Notes under the pieces: generated by a model
Told to the model about the DNA's origin: nothing
Seen by the model: only the letters and a program-made list of their open reading frames with translations
Database searches by the model: none
In this document: positions 40,643-54,347 of the stretch, in pieces
Numbering within the stretch: the first letter of the stretch is position 1
How the letters are laid out: the number at the start of each line of letters is the position of its first letter
Assembly (NCBI GenBank): GCA_000320545.1
Contig: ADNK01003479.1
Coordinates: 22,938-86,937, forward strand
From: Bigelowiella natans CCMP2755
Lineage: Eukaryota; Protista; Cercozoa
Direction: 5' to 3'
Length of the DNA: 64,000 nt
Made by a program: the position numbers and the translations under genes

Positions 40643-43141
40643 ATGAGCGTCTCTTTTGCGGACCAGAGACGTTTTAACGTAAGGTTGGATGGAGAACGTT
40701 GGGCGGATCGTTCTGAAAATTTTGATACCAAAATAAACGGTGCCAACACTGAGCAGCCTGAAACAGGGGGGAGTGTTACACAGCAGCGGAAAGCAACTGC
40801 AGGATCATCCTCTGAAGATCAGAGCACTTCCTCATCTTCATCTCAAAACAATATTTCACTAAAGGCTGCAACTACAGCAGCAGCCCAGCATGGAATCCGA
40901 GAAGTAATCGAACGTGACCGCCATGAAAGGAATGGCGGTGTAAATGTTAAATTTGAGACGGTATGGCATGTACCCAACTGTCTATCAGAGAAGCTCAAAG
41001 CAATCCAAAACCTCTCTCTTGGAGATCATGGCGAGTAAGTCAGTAGTGTGAATAATTATCGTAAGCAATTAAATTTAAATGCAGAGCCAGAAAATGAAGA
41101 GATACAAATTATGAACTCATAAGAGTCAATACCATGGGACCAAACTCGATGGTAAAAAATCTGGTGGATTGATCTGATTTAGTTATGGTGGTATTATTTC
41201 TTCATAGTTCTTCATTAAAGTAGTAATTATAGATTCGGTCTTATTTAATATACATATCATTCTTCCACCTCTATCAGGTACAAAGGATCCTCCTATCTTG
41301 AATATTTACCTCGCGATAACTTTAACGGCAAGAAGGAATTCGAGGGGAAAATGAAAACGTACTTTCGCCCCACGAGTACTGACACGCTGAAGAAGAAGCA
41401 AGGTGTTGATAAATACGGCATGTTTGGTCCTGCAGCAACGAAAGAAGACACGTCTCCTCTAAAGAGCGACAAGCCAAGGTTTGTTAATTACGTTCACCAC
41501 GATCGAGGGCATGAAATGCGAACAAAAGCTTTGAGGAATAACTCAACCGGTCGTACCCCATATGTGGACGGGGGAATGCTGTCTTGGAATCCACGAAGCG
41601 ACATGAAACCACCTGCGGACAAGCCGCGCTGGATATACCACATGCATATGCCAGACAAAATGCATACAATAGGGGACAATAATCGAATATCGACTATTTG
41701 CACCGACGAACGTAGAGCTCGTGATAAGGCGAAGCAAGAGCACAAGGGTCCATCGACTAAAGCATTTTACAAGGGAATGAGGCCGTTCACTCAAGATGAA
41801 GAAGATAGCTACAGACAAATACACGAGAAATTACTGTCGCTCAAAATGATGAAGATGGGAGCAATAAGTAAAATAAATAAGGATAAAGCCCACCTTCAAT
41901 ATCAAAAATCGTTACATAGACAAAGAGGTCAGAAGATGAAACAGCATCGAACGGCAGAAAAAAATACTAAAAAGGAGCGTTCCCTCAAGTGGTACTCCTC
42001 GGAAAATAGCAGTAGTAGCTCAGAGGTGGATGATAGCGATGCAATAAACAATACCAGGCAGCATGAAATTCGTCATCGTGAAAACAACAGTACCGCTACT
42101 ACAACGAGGAAGATTCTTGATTCACAGCAAGTTCAACCTACTGATGATAATCGTACTCTAGTGACTGCTTCTGAGGAGTCAGAGCCTATAGAAACAGGAG
42201 GTATGGGAATACAGAGATTAGCCAGAAAGGAGCGTGGATGCTACAGTGCGCGACCAGCATTATCAGGGAGGATGAAAATAAGTATGAAAAAATCGAGCAT
42301 AGCTCGCCCAAAGACTGCCTGGCAAACCAGTGGACGCACAGAACGCTCCCACAGTCAACGAACAACACCACACCTAAGGACAAGTCGGTCGTTTACTTTC
42401 AAGAAAAGTGATGCCATACCTGGTTTGTCATTGAGCAGTAACAGTCGCATTGTGTACCGTGATCCAGAGACAGTAAGAGAAGAGATACGAGCTGCGTTTC
42501 AAACACCAAAGAGCGAGTCGTCGAAAAACAAGGTGAAGGCACCCACTACTACTCGTTCCAGACGAGTGGTGAATTCGGCAAGTCCCAATTACCATGGTAG
42601 TAATACAGGACGCTCCAAGAAGAGAGGCAATGGTAGCAAAAAGAAGAAAAAGAACAGTGGGAAAGTAATAGCAGCAAGTGGGCATATGACTCATGGAAAC
42701 GAAACCACGCGGAGTGATGCAGTAGATTTTAAGGTAGAGATTGAAGTTCTTGAGTCTTCTCGGCGAACACCATTTTATATCTCTAGTGGGAGGAAGAAAA
42801 AAGCAAACTATATGCAACCCTCACTGAGTGTAAAAAATGGTAGTAGCAGTAATCGCGTCCACGGTAGTAACGGAAACCGTAGTCAAAGATCTTCTTTTGC
42901 ACCATTTGTACTCGACGACTCCTCATTATCACTTCGAGCAAAGGGTACAAGTGCTAAAATTGGAATAACCATACCGAAAAGCGGCCGAAAAGGGCCAGGA
43001 GAGCCTACAGCATCGCTGTCATCATATCGGTTGAACTCGGGTGCGATTTCTGCCAGGCCTTCGAAAAAGTTGTGGCACTCTACGCAATCAAGCTCAACCA
43101 ACAAGTCCTTGACATTCAGGAAAAGAACGAATAAAGCTTAG
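40643..43141 (+). CDS. Basic, S/K/R-rich protein of unknown function
   Basis: Exon 40643-~41034 (MSVSFADQRRF...) plus a long terminal exon containing ORF 41351..43141 (596 aa). Confidence 0.75.
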
Positions 43142-43856
43142 TGAAGATCTAAAGATGTTTGTAGGGTAGTGGATATGTTCCCATGTTCATGATTCATCAC
43201 ACTCATTATTCCACGCATGAACCAGAAAATGACTGACGTGCCGCAACCTGCGATAGCATCAAGGCTGAAACGCTTTTCACCATTTTCGCGGTTTCTATAT
43301 CAGTTAGGTTAATATACACATGTTCGCCTATTGCTGTCACGTAGATACCTGGCACCGCGGCGCGCGGCTGCTGCACGCGCACAACGTAACACATATGTAT
43401 TGACGTGCAGCTCCACATATATGCATGGACATAGCATGTCTCGCTCTTGTGCGTGTACACCGTCAAGCACATGAGTAGCGTGGTACTGTGCGCAGAAATG
43501 AAAGATCACATCTAGACATGCACGTACTAGTGCACATGAAAAGACACACGTAAAGGCATTGCTACATTGCGCATGGTGCATGTGTGTACGACAGCGGGCG
43601 AAATTTTGGTGTTTTATTTTGGTGATGCTGTTTTGGCATGGGCCGCGCATGGAAAGTGCTCGATCAGTTTTGGAGATTTTTTATGTGTAACTGAGTGTGC
43701 AGCGTGAAGACTAGCTTGGTTGCTCGGCGGCTGCTTCGAAACCAAAAATTATTTTAGGCGTGAGGCTTCTGGGATATTATTCACAATCTTCAATCAGAAT
43801 AGGAAAACCTTCAACCCAAAGCTGATTTGCTAAGATGAATTTATAGAAATTTGTCA

Positions 43857-44122
43857 TAGGGACATATATGTCCATATACGTGTACGCGTAAGGAACACAT
43901 GTACCCATGCACACCACATGTACCTAAAAAGCACACATGCTCTGTTCACATCCACACATGCACCAAACAAGCCACTACACATGTACCATGGTACACGCTG
44001 GATGCATGCATGCACACATGTGAGCACTATTAGCTGGCACATGTGTAGCTATGGGTACATGTGAAGTATGCGATGTACACATGTCGTAGACGGCTACACG
44101 TATAGGGACATATATGTCCATA
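43857..44122. mobile_element. Fold-back/MITE-like element, 266 bp, with 28-bp terminal inverted repeats (26/28)
   Basis: 43857-43884 tagggacatatatgtccatatacgtgta versus 44095-44122 tacacgtatagggacatatatgtccata. Internal inverted pair cacatgtacccat / atgggtacatgtg. Begins and ends in TA. Confidence 0.7.
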
Positions 44123-44424
44123 CATATTGTCTTAAGCGTTGCTTACGCGAATGGGTTACGGTATGATAATTATGGTGCATGAGCTAATTTTTTTTTTGCA
44201 TGTAGACTGTGCACAAACACGGCCGTGTGCATTTCCAACATCCATGTACATGATGTGTGCATGTGCACATAGTCTGCGTGTAGCAATACGATGCGAGTAT
44301 ATGCGCAAGCTCTCACAAGTATCGGCCCATAGCATCAACACAATCTGTACGCTCCCAGTATCAGTCAATGTGGGTTGGAAAACTTGAATGCATGTACATA
44401 GCATGTAACTGGTCACCGGCCGCT

Positions 44425-44729
44425 TTATCGACGTCGCCGTTGCTGATTGTATAATGCTGCTTTGTGAATCCGAATGGGAAGTGGAGTGATGAGCCAATCC
44501 TCTTGCACAGTTCTGTTTAACATTCCAGCTCGTAGCATAAACTTGTATAGTTTCACTCTATCTTTTCCCGCTATCCTTTCTGGCTGCAGCCCAAGTGATT
44601 CTACTTTTTCTTCAAATTCTTCTGCAGCAGAGAGACCCCATTCTTCCTTCTTCTGCGGGTTATATATAATTCGGAAATCATTAACGAAAAACCCTTTAGT
44701 ATTCCCTCTTTCCTTCTTCCCTTCATCTC

Positions 44730-44769
<40 letters not shown>

Positions 44770-45596
44770 ACCCTCACTCAATCGCCCTTTCTCCTGTGAC
44801 ACCCACCCTCACTACTACACGCTCTACTAACCAATTGGTGTACCTTGAGCAGAGCTTGATGGGCTTCCTTTGGTGTTGGGTACAATCCTGTTCGTTCGAT
44901 TGTCACTCTTCCCCTTGTACTAGCTCCTCCTCCTCTCCGAAGTGGACCTGTACAACCGCCCCCACTCCAGTATTTAAACATGCCGAACCATCCTTCTCTT
45001 GCGTGACTCCAAAATACATTATGATAGCCAGAGGAAGGAGGAGGAGGCGCTGGTAGTCCCACCTGAGTCTTCTTTTTTCGCTCGTAATGTGAGTTCTTAA
45101 ACAGGACATCTCCAAAAAAACTCTGAGGAAGATTGTCATCGTCATATGATTTCTTGCTCGTTGATGTATTTGATGACTTCTGTTGCTGCTGTAACTTGAG
45201 CTTCTTGCCCTGGGCTCCTTTGTAGTAGTAGAAATTCGGCCATTTCCCCCATGAAGAGTTTTTTGCCTTCTCGATTCTCCATTTCTTTAGTAGATCTGTT
45301 TGATCAAGAAATCTAAGGGAATATCTCCCCTTCTTGCTGCGAAGAATATTTGTCCATCGAGTTCCAAACTGACAATCAAGTATGTGACAGCATTATGAAC
45401 GATACAACAGGGTTGTAAGAAATAGTTTATAGCATTATCGGTCATAAAAACAGTAGAAGGATGCTCGCGCTGGGGTCTTTTCGTCGTCGTTCGAATCAAA
45501 CAAAAAATAAAGGGAGGCTTCCCATACAACCGATTTTACACATAGAATTCAATGTGTGCCTTGATCACAGTCCATTTTAGTTTTAAACTACTCGAT

Positions 45597-45637
<41 letters not shown>

Positions 45638-46524
45638 AGCCCACCTTTCTCAACCCATACTCAAATGCAACCCACATGTCCTTTGTCCACCCATCCTTGT
45701 CCTATGTATGCAGTAGTCAGAATATGTGATTTACTTCTTCGGCTCCTCCAATTCTTCCCCACAACTACGACTTTTGCACCTGTTCTATTTCCTCTGGAAG
45801 GTAATATGGTCTTATATCAGGGTCATCATCCACATTGAGGTAGCTTGGGAAAGGCTCCTCAGAATCCTCTGAAACAATGTCGTAATAATAATAATAATAA
45901 TAAATAATAATAATAATGTGCTTTTTAGGCAGCAGCGGTTCATGTACAACATTTACTCTACATCTATGTAGTACTGACATGTAACTAGCTGAAGAATGTG
46001 TCAGAAGAAGGCAATAGGGGTTATGATGAACACTCGCTACCATCATATTGCTCTTTGATAAGGCGATTTTCTTCTTCGCTTTCCTGGTCCCTCTGAGCTT
46101 TTGCAATCCTGTCAGCCTCCATTTGCGCCGGCGTAACATCGTCGATGTAAGCCCCATTTTCTCTCATCAATTTTTCCTCTAATTCTACTTTGTCCCACCA
46201 TCCTGTATAATCATTGTCAGAGTAGTCCTCAGGATACAGCGGTAGTTTTTTCCTTCCCCCTCGTAGTGATTGCCACCTCAAAGTAGAACCCCGTTTATGC
46301 TGTTGTTGTTGCTGTTGCTGATTCTCTAGAGAAAGAAGTGCACCAAATAGCCCGATATCCGCGGCCCTTTTCGCACCATCACCACCAACAACAACACCAT
46401 ACTCTTTCTCCAGAAGCGGGTAGTAGTAGGCGCTATTTGAAAGTTGGCCACAACTGCTAGGCATCGAGAAGTAAAAACAAACTGAAGATAGTAGCACCAG
46501 AGCTATAGGGTATTGTCTGTTCAT
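44425..46524 (-). CDS. Signal-peptide protein with an LRGG motif, an acidic region and a C-terminal AP2-like domain, about 4 exons
   Basis: MNRQYPIALVLLSSVCFYFSMPSSCG leader, then SLRGGRKK. Exon ~44843-45286 is open and contains SGYHNVFWSHAREGWFGMF...TGLYPTPKEAHQAL. Terminal exon runs to the stop at 44425. Confidence 0.7.
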
Positions 46525-46906
46525 ATCACATAACACATTTAGAACGATTCTACGACTTAAGAAGCTGCACAAACACGAAAGTCAATACCCTCCAATATCC
46601 GCACATATTGTACCTACCTAATGCCATTGTAGATCATAGTGTTCATTTGCATTTCGGAGCCATCCACCATATGGCTGCGAAGCCTATTACTACACGGAGT
46701 TGGTCCAAGTAAGTCACTAGAACAGCACCCACGCGCCATCTGCGGACATGATGAGAGACATCTCACACGAGTTGTAGATCTATGTCTTGTTGTTCGATTT
46801 GTTGTTGTTGTTGTTGTTGTTTATACCATCAACAGAAATTATTTAGTACCGATACTACCTAAAGTCATTAACCATTTCTCTAAACTAGCAATGTCCGTTA
46901 TGAGAC

Positions 46907-47046
46907 AACATCCACTATGAAAATCACTTCGGTGAAATAACATAGCTGGGAAGTCAAGGGCGCGAATAGAATAACTAACATCCACTATGAAAATCACTTC
47001 GGTGTAACAACATGGCTGGGAAGTCAAGGGCGCGCGAACAGAATGA
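46907..47046 (+). repeat. 70-bp tandem duplication containing two copies of the dispersed repeat also at 6787-6835
   Basis: aacatccactatgaaaatcacttcggtg...gctgggaagtcaagggcgcg at 46907 and 46977. Confidence 0.9.
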
Positions 47047-47420
47047 TTCATAGGAAACCCCTTTAATAATCTTAGTTTTTTTTCAGTCTTAAAGTCTAGA
47101 AATAATTCATGGAAATTATTCCCAGAATTTGTAAACTTCGCAATATATCCTGGATATCCGTTATGAGACAACATCTTATAAAAATCACAACTACTACTAC
47201 TACAACTACAACAAATACAACAACTACATGCGACTAGAACAGCCAGACCTGACTAACCAACAGCTGCTAAAAAAGATATCCCCCTCCCGACACAGCGAAA
47301 TACGTCATTAACAGAACGGTGTGGTGGCCTAATTTCGAAGCGTAGTCCTAATGTGTAGCAATATGTTCATGCAATATATTGCTACATGTTTGATTCGTGC
47401 ACGTACATACCATAGCCACG

Positions 47421-48779
47421 ATGGCCTCCTACCAGCCTGTTCCGGAGACGAAACAAGATAATAACGAAGTCCGTCCTAGTATCGTAGCATGAAGGTTGCT
47501 CCTGTTGGTTCATGTTTACTTTTGGAAAATCAGGCTATTCAGTTAGGAGTATCGTACCATGGACGTCCTATTCCTGCCACAGCTTCGTCAGTGGCAGCAG
47601 CATCCGCTCCTCCAGCACAACATCATGTTGTAGTGTCCGCTCAGCCTGTTGTAACTTCAAGTAACAACTCTCCATCACTGCGTTATCCGGAAATCGTACA
47701 CTCGAACAATGTTCGGCAAAACCAAAACAACAACGACAACAACATCTACGGTGTCCCAGGTTGTTGTCATTAGTCGATCATTCATTCTGTTTGCTCCTCT
47801 TCTTGTGGATAAAATAATAAGTTAGTGAATTTTATCATGGTTAGTCAACCAACACCCTCAAAGCAGTTATAACGGACAGCAGCAACAGCAGCAACAGCAG
47901 CAACCACCTCCAGTGGCGTATGCAATTCCCGTCGCTGCTGGCCAAGGTATTACTTGTGTGCCTTCACCCTCTCCTGTCTTCTCGTTGTGGGAAGAAATAT
48001 CTGGTCCATTGGATGTATTCTTGACATATATTTGAAAATAACCCAAAATTATAGTTAATGGGTGTGGTATAACCAGCAGGACAGCAAGAAATACATGGCG
48101 GGATGTGGCCAACGCCTCTCTGCGGATGCTTTGAAAATTGTCTTCCATCGTGCATGTAGTATTTTCAATTATAAGTTAGGTAATGAAGCTGCAAAATACA
48201 ATATTGACATGTTCTCTTTGTTTTTGTTACCACTGGTGTTGTTTTCAGGATGGCCTGGTGTTTGTGGTAAGAAGTAACGGCGATTAACATTAACCAGTCG
48301 CAGATACATGGACGCCTTACTTATTCCAACATTCCCAAATGCTGCTACTACTACTACAGGCCATACCCACTTGCAAGAGTCCGCGTTGCCTCACATATTG
48401 ATCAGCCAAGGTGGTTACATTGTCACATCTTTTCTGGTAGCTTCCTTATATTGATGCAAAAACATCACCAACATGCACTCACTACAGGCACATCTTAATA
48501 AATGCATCATTGTGCAGCTATGATTGGATTTTGACGCCTCCCTCCAAACCAATATGTTGTTTTTCACAGTTGTGTAGAGTGGCCTGGATCAAACTGGAAT
48601 GCCAATATCATATTTCTACTCGTTCTCTGGTTACTTGAAGTCATATTCACGGGGGTAAAATAAGATGTATTCGTCACTATTGCTCCACGTACATTGTTGA
48701 TCAAAATATGAATTCAAGAAATACATCATCCTACTTCATTAAAACCGAGTAATAAAGATGAACTACCTCTCTCTCTTTC

Positions 48780-48861
<82 letters not shown>

Positions 48862-49756
48862 TGAATTGATTATTGGAAACATGAACTATTAGGTATACAT
48901 TCCTGTAGTATCTTCTTGGATATCACTAGTGGTTGGAGTTACGAAGATAGTTTTCATTACTGTCACAAGGTTAACAAGATATCACCCAAATATTGTAAAT
49001 AAATTAACCTTCATGTGCATTAGACATGCCGTTCATTGTTTCCTTATCTTCATATCTGATATTATCAAATGTTCTACGATCATCATTCTCATCATATAAC
49101 TCATATATCATCATGTAATCATCACATTTCACTTTAACGCGCCCCGAAGAATGGAATATCGACGGCACAAGGGCATCACCGAAAATTGTTGTTGCTGCGA
49201 AGACACTTGGTGATAAAATGATGATCTCAGACATGATGATAGTGTTAGCGATCATAAATGAGTATTTCTTTTTTTACTCCTTGACAATGCTGCTAAGCAT
49301 GGACTCCTTCCGCATGGTCAGTAGGTGGTATCATTGCTATATTTTTCGTTTATTATCAAAAAGGGACAAAAAGAAGAAAATATGAATATACATATTCTAG
49401 CATATCATATATAGTGTCGCTTCGTTCGCGTTGACTGTTTATCGCTGAAAATTAGTTGGGACGATTGCTGCTCTACCACATTTTGTATGTGTTGTGTCAT
49501 CGCACAAATGGATCGCACGGAGTTCAACTGGGTAATACACTGAATCATATAACTTATTTGATGGTTTCTTCTATTTCTTTCTCTTTCCCCTTCCCTCTCT
49601 TCTTCTCTTCCCTGACTTAAGATTACCATCATGCTACTACTACTGCTATCTCCGCTCTAATACTGGTGCTGAGCGTATACTTCATCGAATTTTAGAGGGA
49701 TGGAGCAAACGATTGCGGACGTGCATTTCAAAATCCAAGGCCTGACGGTGGTGTAA
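47421..49756 (+). CDS. Multi-exon membrane protein with a P/Q-rich N-terminus, unknown function
   Basis: MASYQPVPETKQDNNE, YNGQQQQ...PPPVAYAIPV, and hydrophobic exons NIIFLLVLWLLEVIFTG / VYIPVVSSWISLVVGVTKIVFITVT. 3' end tentative. Confidence 0.5.
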
Positions 49757-50302
49757 GGCCTGTTTCTGTTTAATACGGCTGATCCGATAGATAAAATCAA
49801 TGCACTAAAGGCCTTGGAATTTATGCAACTACCGATAGCAGACATTTTATGCTATGTAATATGTACATACGATAGCAAAATGCAGTTATTGTCGAACGAC
49901 ATTGCAAAGCAACTACGAAATTCATGTAGGACAAAATTGCTATGGCACCCGCATCGCGCTGCCTGCGTACTCACGTGCAGCAATTTATCGTATACATGCA
50001 CGACGCATCTAATCATCATCGTAGTGCAGAAACGCGACCCTTTCATGTAGCATGCTATGACACAATACATGTGGCTCCTTTGTAAGGCCGTGATGATTGT
50101 TGATTCAACTATTTTATTTACTCTCACAACATGAATTGTATGACGACGGTCTTCCACATGCAGCAGCATTTTTTAAATGCCCAGCATTGTTACCTTTCGA
50201 TCAGGTGATGACCACGCATTGCATGCCGTCTACTGCACGCAGCATCTCACATTCTCTAGCTAGCTGAAAATGCAGCATCAAACAGCATCCAAAAACATGA
50301 AG

Positions 50303-50536
50303 CTATTGTTGTACATACTCGGTGACATTGTGGATCTTCAACAGAGCGCCATCATCTGGAATTAACCCTTGCTCTATTTTTGTCTTTTGCGTAGTTTGCA
50401 TCTCTCCAATCACGTTAATGTAGGCCAGGATGACAATTGCAACTATGACTAATCCAAATCTCATGAACAGACCCTTTATTGCTGCATTAGCAACCGACGA
50501 TGAAAAATCCTTTTCAGAAGGGCGACCTCGCGGCAT
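50303..50536 (-). CDS. Small single-pass membrane protein (77 aa)
   Basis: ATG-started ORF with normal composition and one TM segment, FGLVIVAIVILAYINVIG. Confidence 0.55.
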   Translation of the reverse strand: MPRGRPSEKDFSSSVANAAIKGLFMRFGLVIVAIVILAYINVIGEMQTTQKTKIEQGLIPDDGALLKIHNVTEYVQQ

Positions 50537-50686
50537 GCCAATCGTAAATTGTATTCTTATAAAATAAAGTTAACACCAAGATCTACTCTTTGATATCCTG
50601 CCAAGCAAATAGATAAATTAGGGTTCAATGAACATTCTTCTTGATGCTGCCACTGAGCTATTCTGAGAAACAAGGTTCACTTCATT

Positions 50687-50851
<165 letters not shown>

Positions 50852-51715
50852 GCGTGCATGCACAATTTAGCAGGTAATGACTTATTTCTGAGCTTCCTCG
50901 TATCTCCCCTCAAGGTTCTTTAATTAGTAAATGACCTCCAATTGCAGTAATAGCATTCCTATTCTTGCCCTGGTCAATTGATCCTCACTCCCTCCTCTTA
51001 CTTCTATCGTAGTACGTTGCTTTGTGCTTACCAAATCTAGGAGGGGGAGGGAGGGAGGGAGGGAGGGAATTGCAGGGAAGTATCAAACAAACCGTCCTCA
51101 GATGTTTTAGATAAAAAATTAGACTAAAAAGTACGTAAACGAATAGGATATTATTGTATCCTTTTCAGATAATTTAGACAAAAAAACATAGAGAAAAAGT
51201 CATATGTGTGAGTAGTAGGAAATTATTGAGGAGTGGAATGAACTAGTTCCACGTACAAATTGTTCTCCTCTTGTAGATTAAAACAATTGAGTTGTTTTAA
51301 TTGTTCTTACAGTACAATAATATCAACAACATTTCAAATAACAATACCTCGAACAGAAATCTTACATGGAAATATGTGGTATTTTTATATGACTTCATTA
51401 CAACAACATCAACAACACTTTAGTAGTAGCGTCGTCGTAATCTGGGAGTGCCCCCCCCGTGCTAAAAATAAAAACGCAAACCGAAGGGTTGCGGATCAGG
51501 AAAGAAGAGACAAAGATTCGGGGTTCTGCTCGATTTTGGCACGCTTTCGATCGGATGCACGTGGGAAACCATCTCAATCCATTCTGCTACAGCGAGGAGC
51601 CAGAGCGTCGAGTTGCAAGTATTCTTATGTGATGATCCTGGCGTTTTTTTCGTTGCCTTTGATTTACTCAACTCAAAACGAGTGCCAACCATCTGATATA
51701 TTTCAATATCGTTAG

Positions 51716-53904
51716 GCCTTGCTACCAAGGCATGGCCATTGCTGCTTCTAGTTCTCGCTATCCAACCTCGGGCGGTGGTTGCGCATCCACAGGGCTATGT
51801 ACAATCACTTCGTCATCGTCATCGAATGGCAACACTAGGAAGAAATGGAGTGCCTTCATACTCTTACTGTGGGAGATTTTGTCGAACAATTGCAAGAGAT
51901 CTTGGTATTAGAAGACCGCCATACAGTCGACGTGGTCCCCATCATCCAGTAGAGCTTCTCATCGCAAAGTGAGTCTGCATCAATGCTTCCTTCTTCATAT
52001 CTAATTCATTTAATAATGAAATTCTGCTGACAGCTTCTTCTTGCTCTTAATGATCGACATCAAAAATTTACTAGTTTGTGTCTCGAGATGCGTCTTGCTC
52101 AGCTTCTCTTGTTCATTATAGCCTAACAAACCCCTACTATCTCCTTTACTATCGTTGACTTCGTTAAGATCGAAAGTAAGCGAAGGTCTACCTGGACGCC
52201 TTAAGGGCTCAGCAAAAGCAGGTGATAATGGTTATGAGATATTCTCATTTTCATTTCATTCACAGTATTCTAAGTTATTTATAGCCTAAACTTGTAACAA
52301 CATAGGTCTTCTTCCTAAATGAATCAAAACCTATTTAACTTTGGTTCTTTTATATAATCAAATCCTAATGTATTTTCCCATCATGTCAGGAGGCGATATG
52401 AACTCTTCCGGGGCTTCTTCTTTCCAAGAACTAGACGCGTATCTTTCTTCACTTGGGATTGATAATCGAGGAGAAAGGGTACAATTAGAAGGGCAAATGT
52501 AGAAATTGTGTCTTGCTGTGTTCCAATTAGAAGAGAATTTATTACTATAGAGTGCTACAATGTAACGTAAATAGTGAGATTTATTCTACTTACTGACCAC
52601 CTACAATTAAAATCCATCTTACAGTATTCTACTTACCGACCACCTACAATTAAAATCCATCTTGCAGTCATAATCAGATTCTATCTTGCAGGCACGGCTC
52701 ATTGACCTAAATACAAATCCTCGTTCACTTTTTGCAACTGGAAAAGATAGAAAACGTACAATTGCTACTCAACTCTAATTGTGAATGTATTGAGAGGAGA
52801 GGGCGGGGGGATGAATAGAGCAGGAGTCGTAGAGCGGTATAGGGAGAAACATCGTGGTGTAGATGCAACACAAGTGCGTACACACTTCGAAAATAGTCTT
52901 CTACTCTGGTACCACCATGATGATTTCGAAGTAGGGAGAAACATCGTGGTGTAGATGCAACACAAGTGCGTACACACTTCGAAAATAGTCTTCTACTCTG
53001 GTACCACCATGATGATTTCGAAGTAGGGAGAAACATCGTGGTGTAGATGCAACACAAGTGCGTACACACTTCGAAAATAGTCTTCTACTCTGGTACCACC
53101 ATGATGATTTCGAAGTAGTAGTAGCAGGTTACCCATCATCAAAAATCTTTGATTCTCTGCAGGATCCGTCTCGGCCCAGATTAATGCGAGACCATTGAGG
53201 TAGTAGGTACTTGTAGTAGTAGTAGTAAGTGTTGCATTAGAGCAAAATCAATATGAGCACTATCACCATCATTACTGTCATCATTATTATAATCATTATC
53301 ATCATCACTATCAGCATCGAAAAGGATATCGATCCAGTCATCAATTTACTCATATCAGAAGGTGAAAGTCCGTTAATTGTACGTCAGTCCGCTCAGAATG
53401 AGAGCACAATTTTTTTCACCAATGGTTATTGATTATGATTGATGCTTATGATAATATTTCCGTTGTTTCTCAAGGTGTGGAAAAGGATGCTCTTGCAAGT
53501 ATTCTCACAAGTCACCCAGCGATATTAGGCTATCGTGTTGAAGCCCACCTTGCTCCCATTATAAACTATTTGAAGCAAATCGGTGTTCCGGTATTATTAC
53601 TACCAACTTCCATATTTATTTTTGTAACATGTGTGAACGATCAACAACGGTATGCCAAACTATTCATCCTATTATAATTCATCAATCGACAAATTTGATA
53701 GCGTTAATGACTCCATTATTTTTTTTCAATATACTTTGAGCCAGCGTTTCCATGTACTCTCAAAGTTAATGTAAGTTTTTCCTCAGAATGTAGGAGAGCT
53801 TATTCAGAGAAGACCATCCCTTTTAGGTAGCTTTGTGTTGGTGTACGCCCCGCCCCTTAGTATCATTAGTAGCATTAGTATTTTACTAGGTTTCATCTCT
53901 TTCA

Positions 53905-53947
<43 letters not shown>

Positions 53948-54347
53948 TTACCATATGTTTATGAACATGGCACGACACAGCACGCAACTTAGTGTCTTGT
54001 TAGAGTGTTTAAGAATGCTTCTATGTATGTATCCAGGACTCACAGTTGATAACAATTTGGAAAGAATAGTGGTGAGAAGATAGAAATTACAGATAATGAT
54101 TTCACACCTATGAAACTTCTTTCTTTGTTAGGAGTATTTATGTACTTGCATGTATGACCATATGTGTTTGCTACTATCATATCGTCTAATCGTGGAGTCC
54201 ATGGTTATTTAAAATGAAATTACAATAATAATTAGATTTGTCAATATCGTTAAGACTTTTTATTCTTGTTGGAATTTGAAGGATTATTTGAAGAGCATGG
54301 ATACGCCGATTGAGAAGATCATCGATTATTTGGGAACTTCAATTTAA
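51716..54347 (+). CDS. mTERF-like protein with a probable bipartite plastid leader, multi-exon
   Basis: Leader WPLLLLVLAIQPRAVVA followed by an R-rich segment. Repeats SIEKDIDPVINLLISEG, ILTSHPAILGYRVEAHLAPIINYLKQIGV, LIQRRPSLLG/LTVDNNLERIV/DYLKSM...GTSI*. Start exon not resolved. Confidence 0.8.
52840..53117. repeat. Perfect 92-bp tandem repeat x3 in an mTERF intron
   Basis: agggagaaacatcgtggtgtagatgc... starts at 52841, 52933 and 53025. Confidence 0.95.

Noticed and set aside
52840-53117. CRISPR-like array
   Set aside because: The units are contiguous identical 92-mers with no unique spacers, inside a eukaryotic intron.
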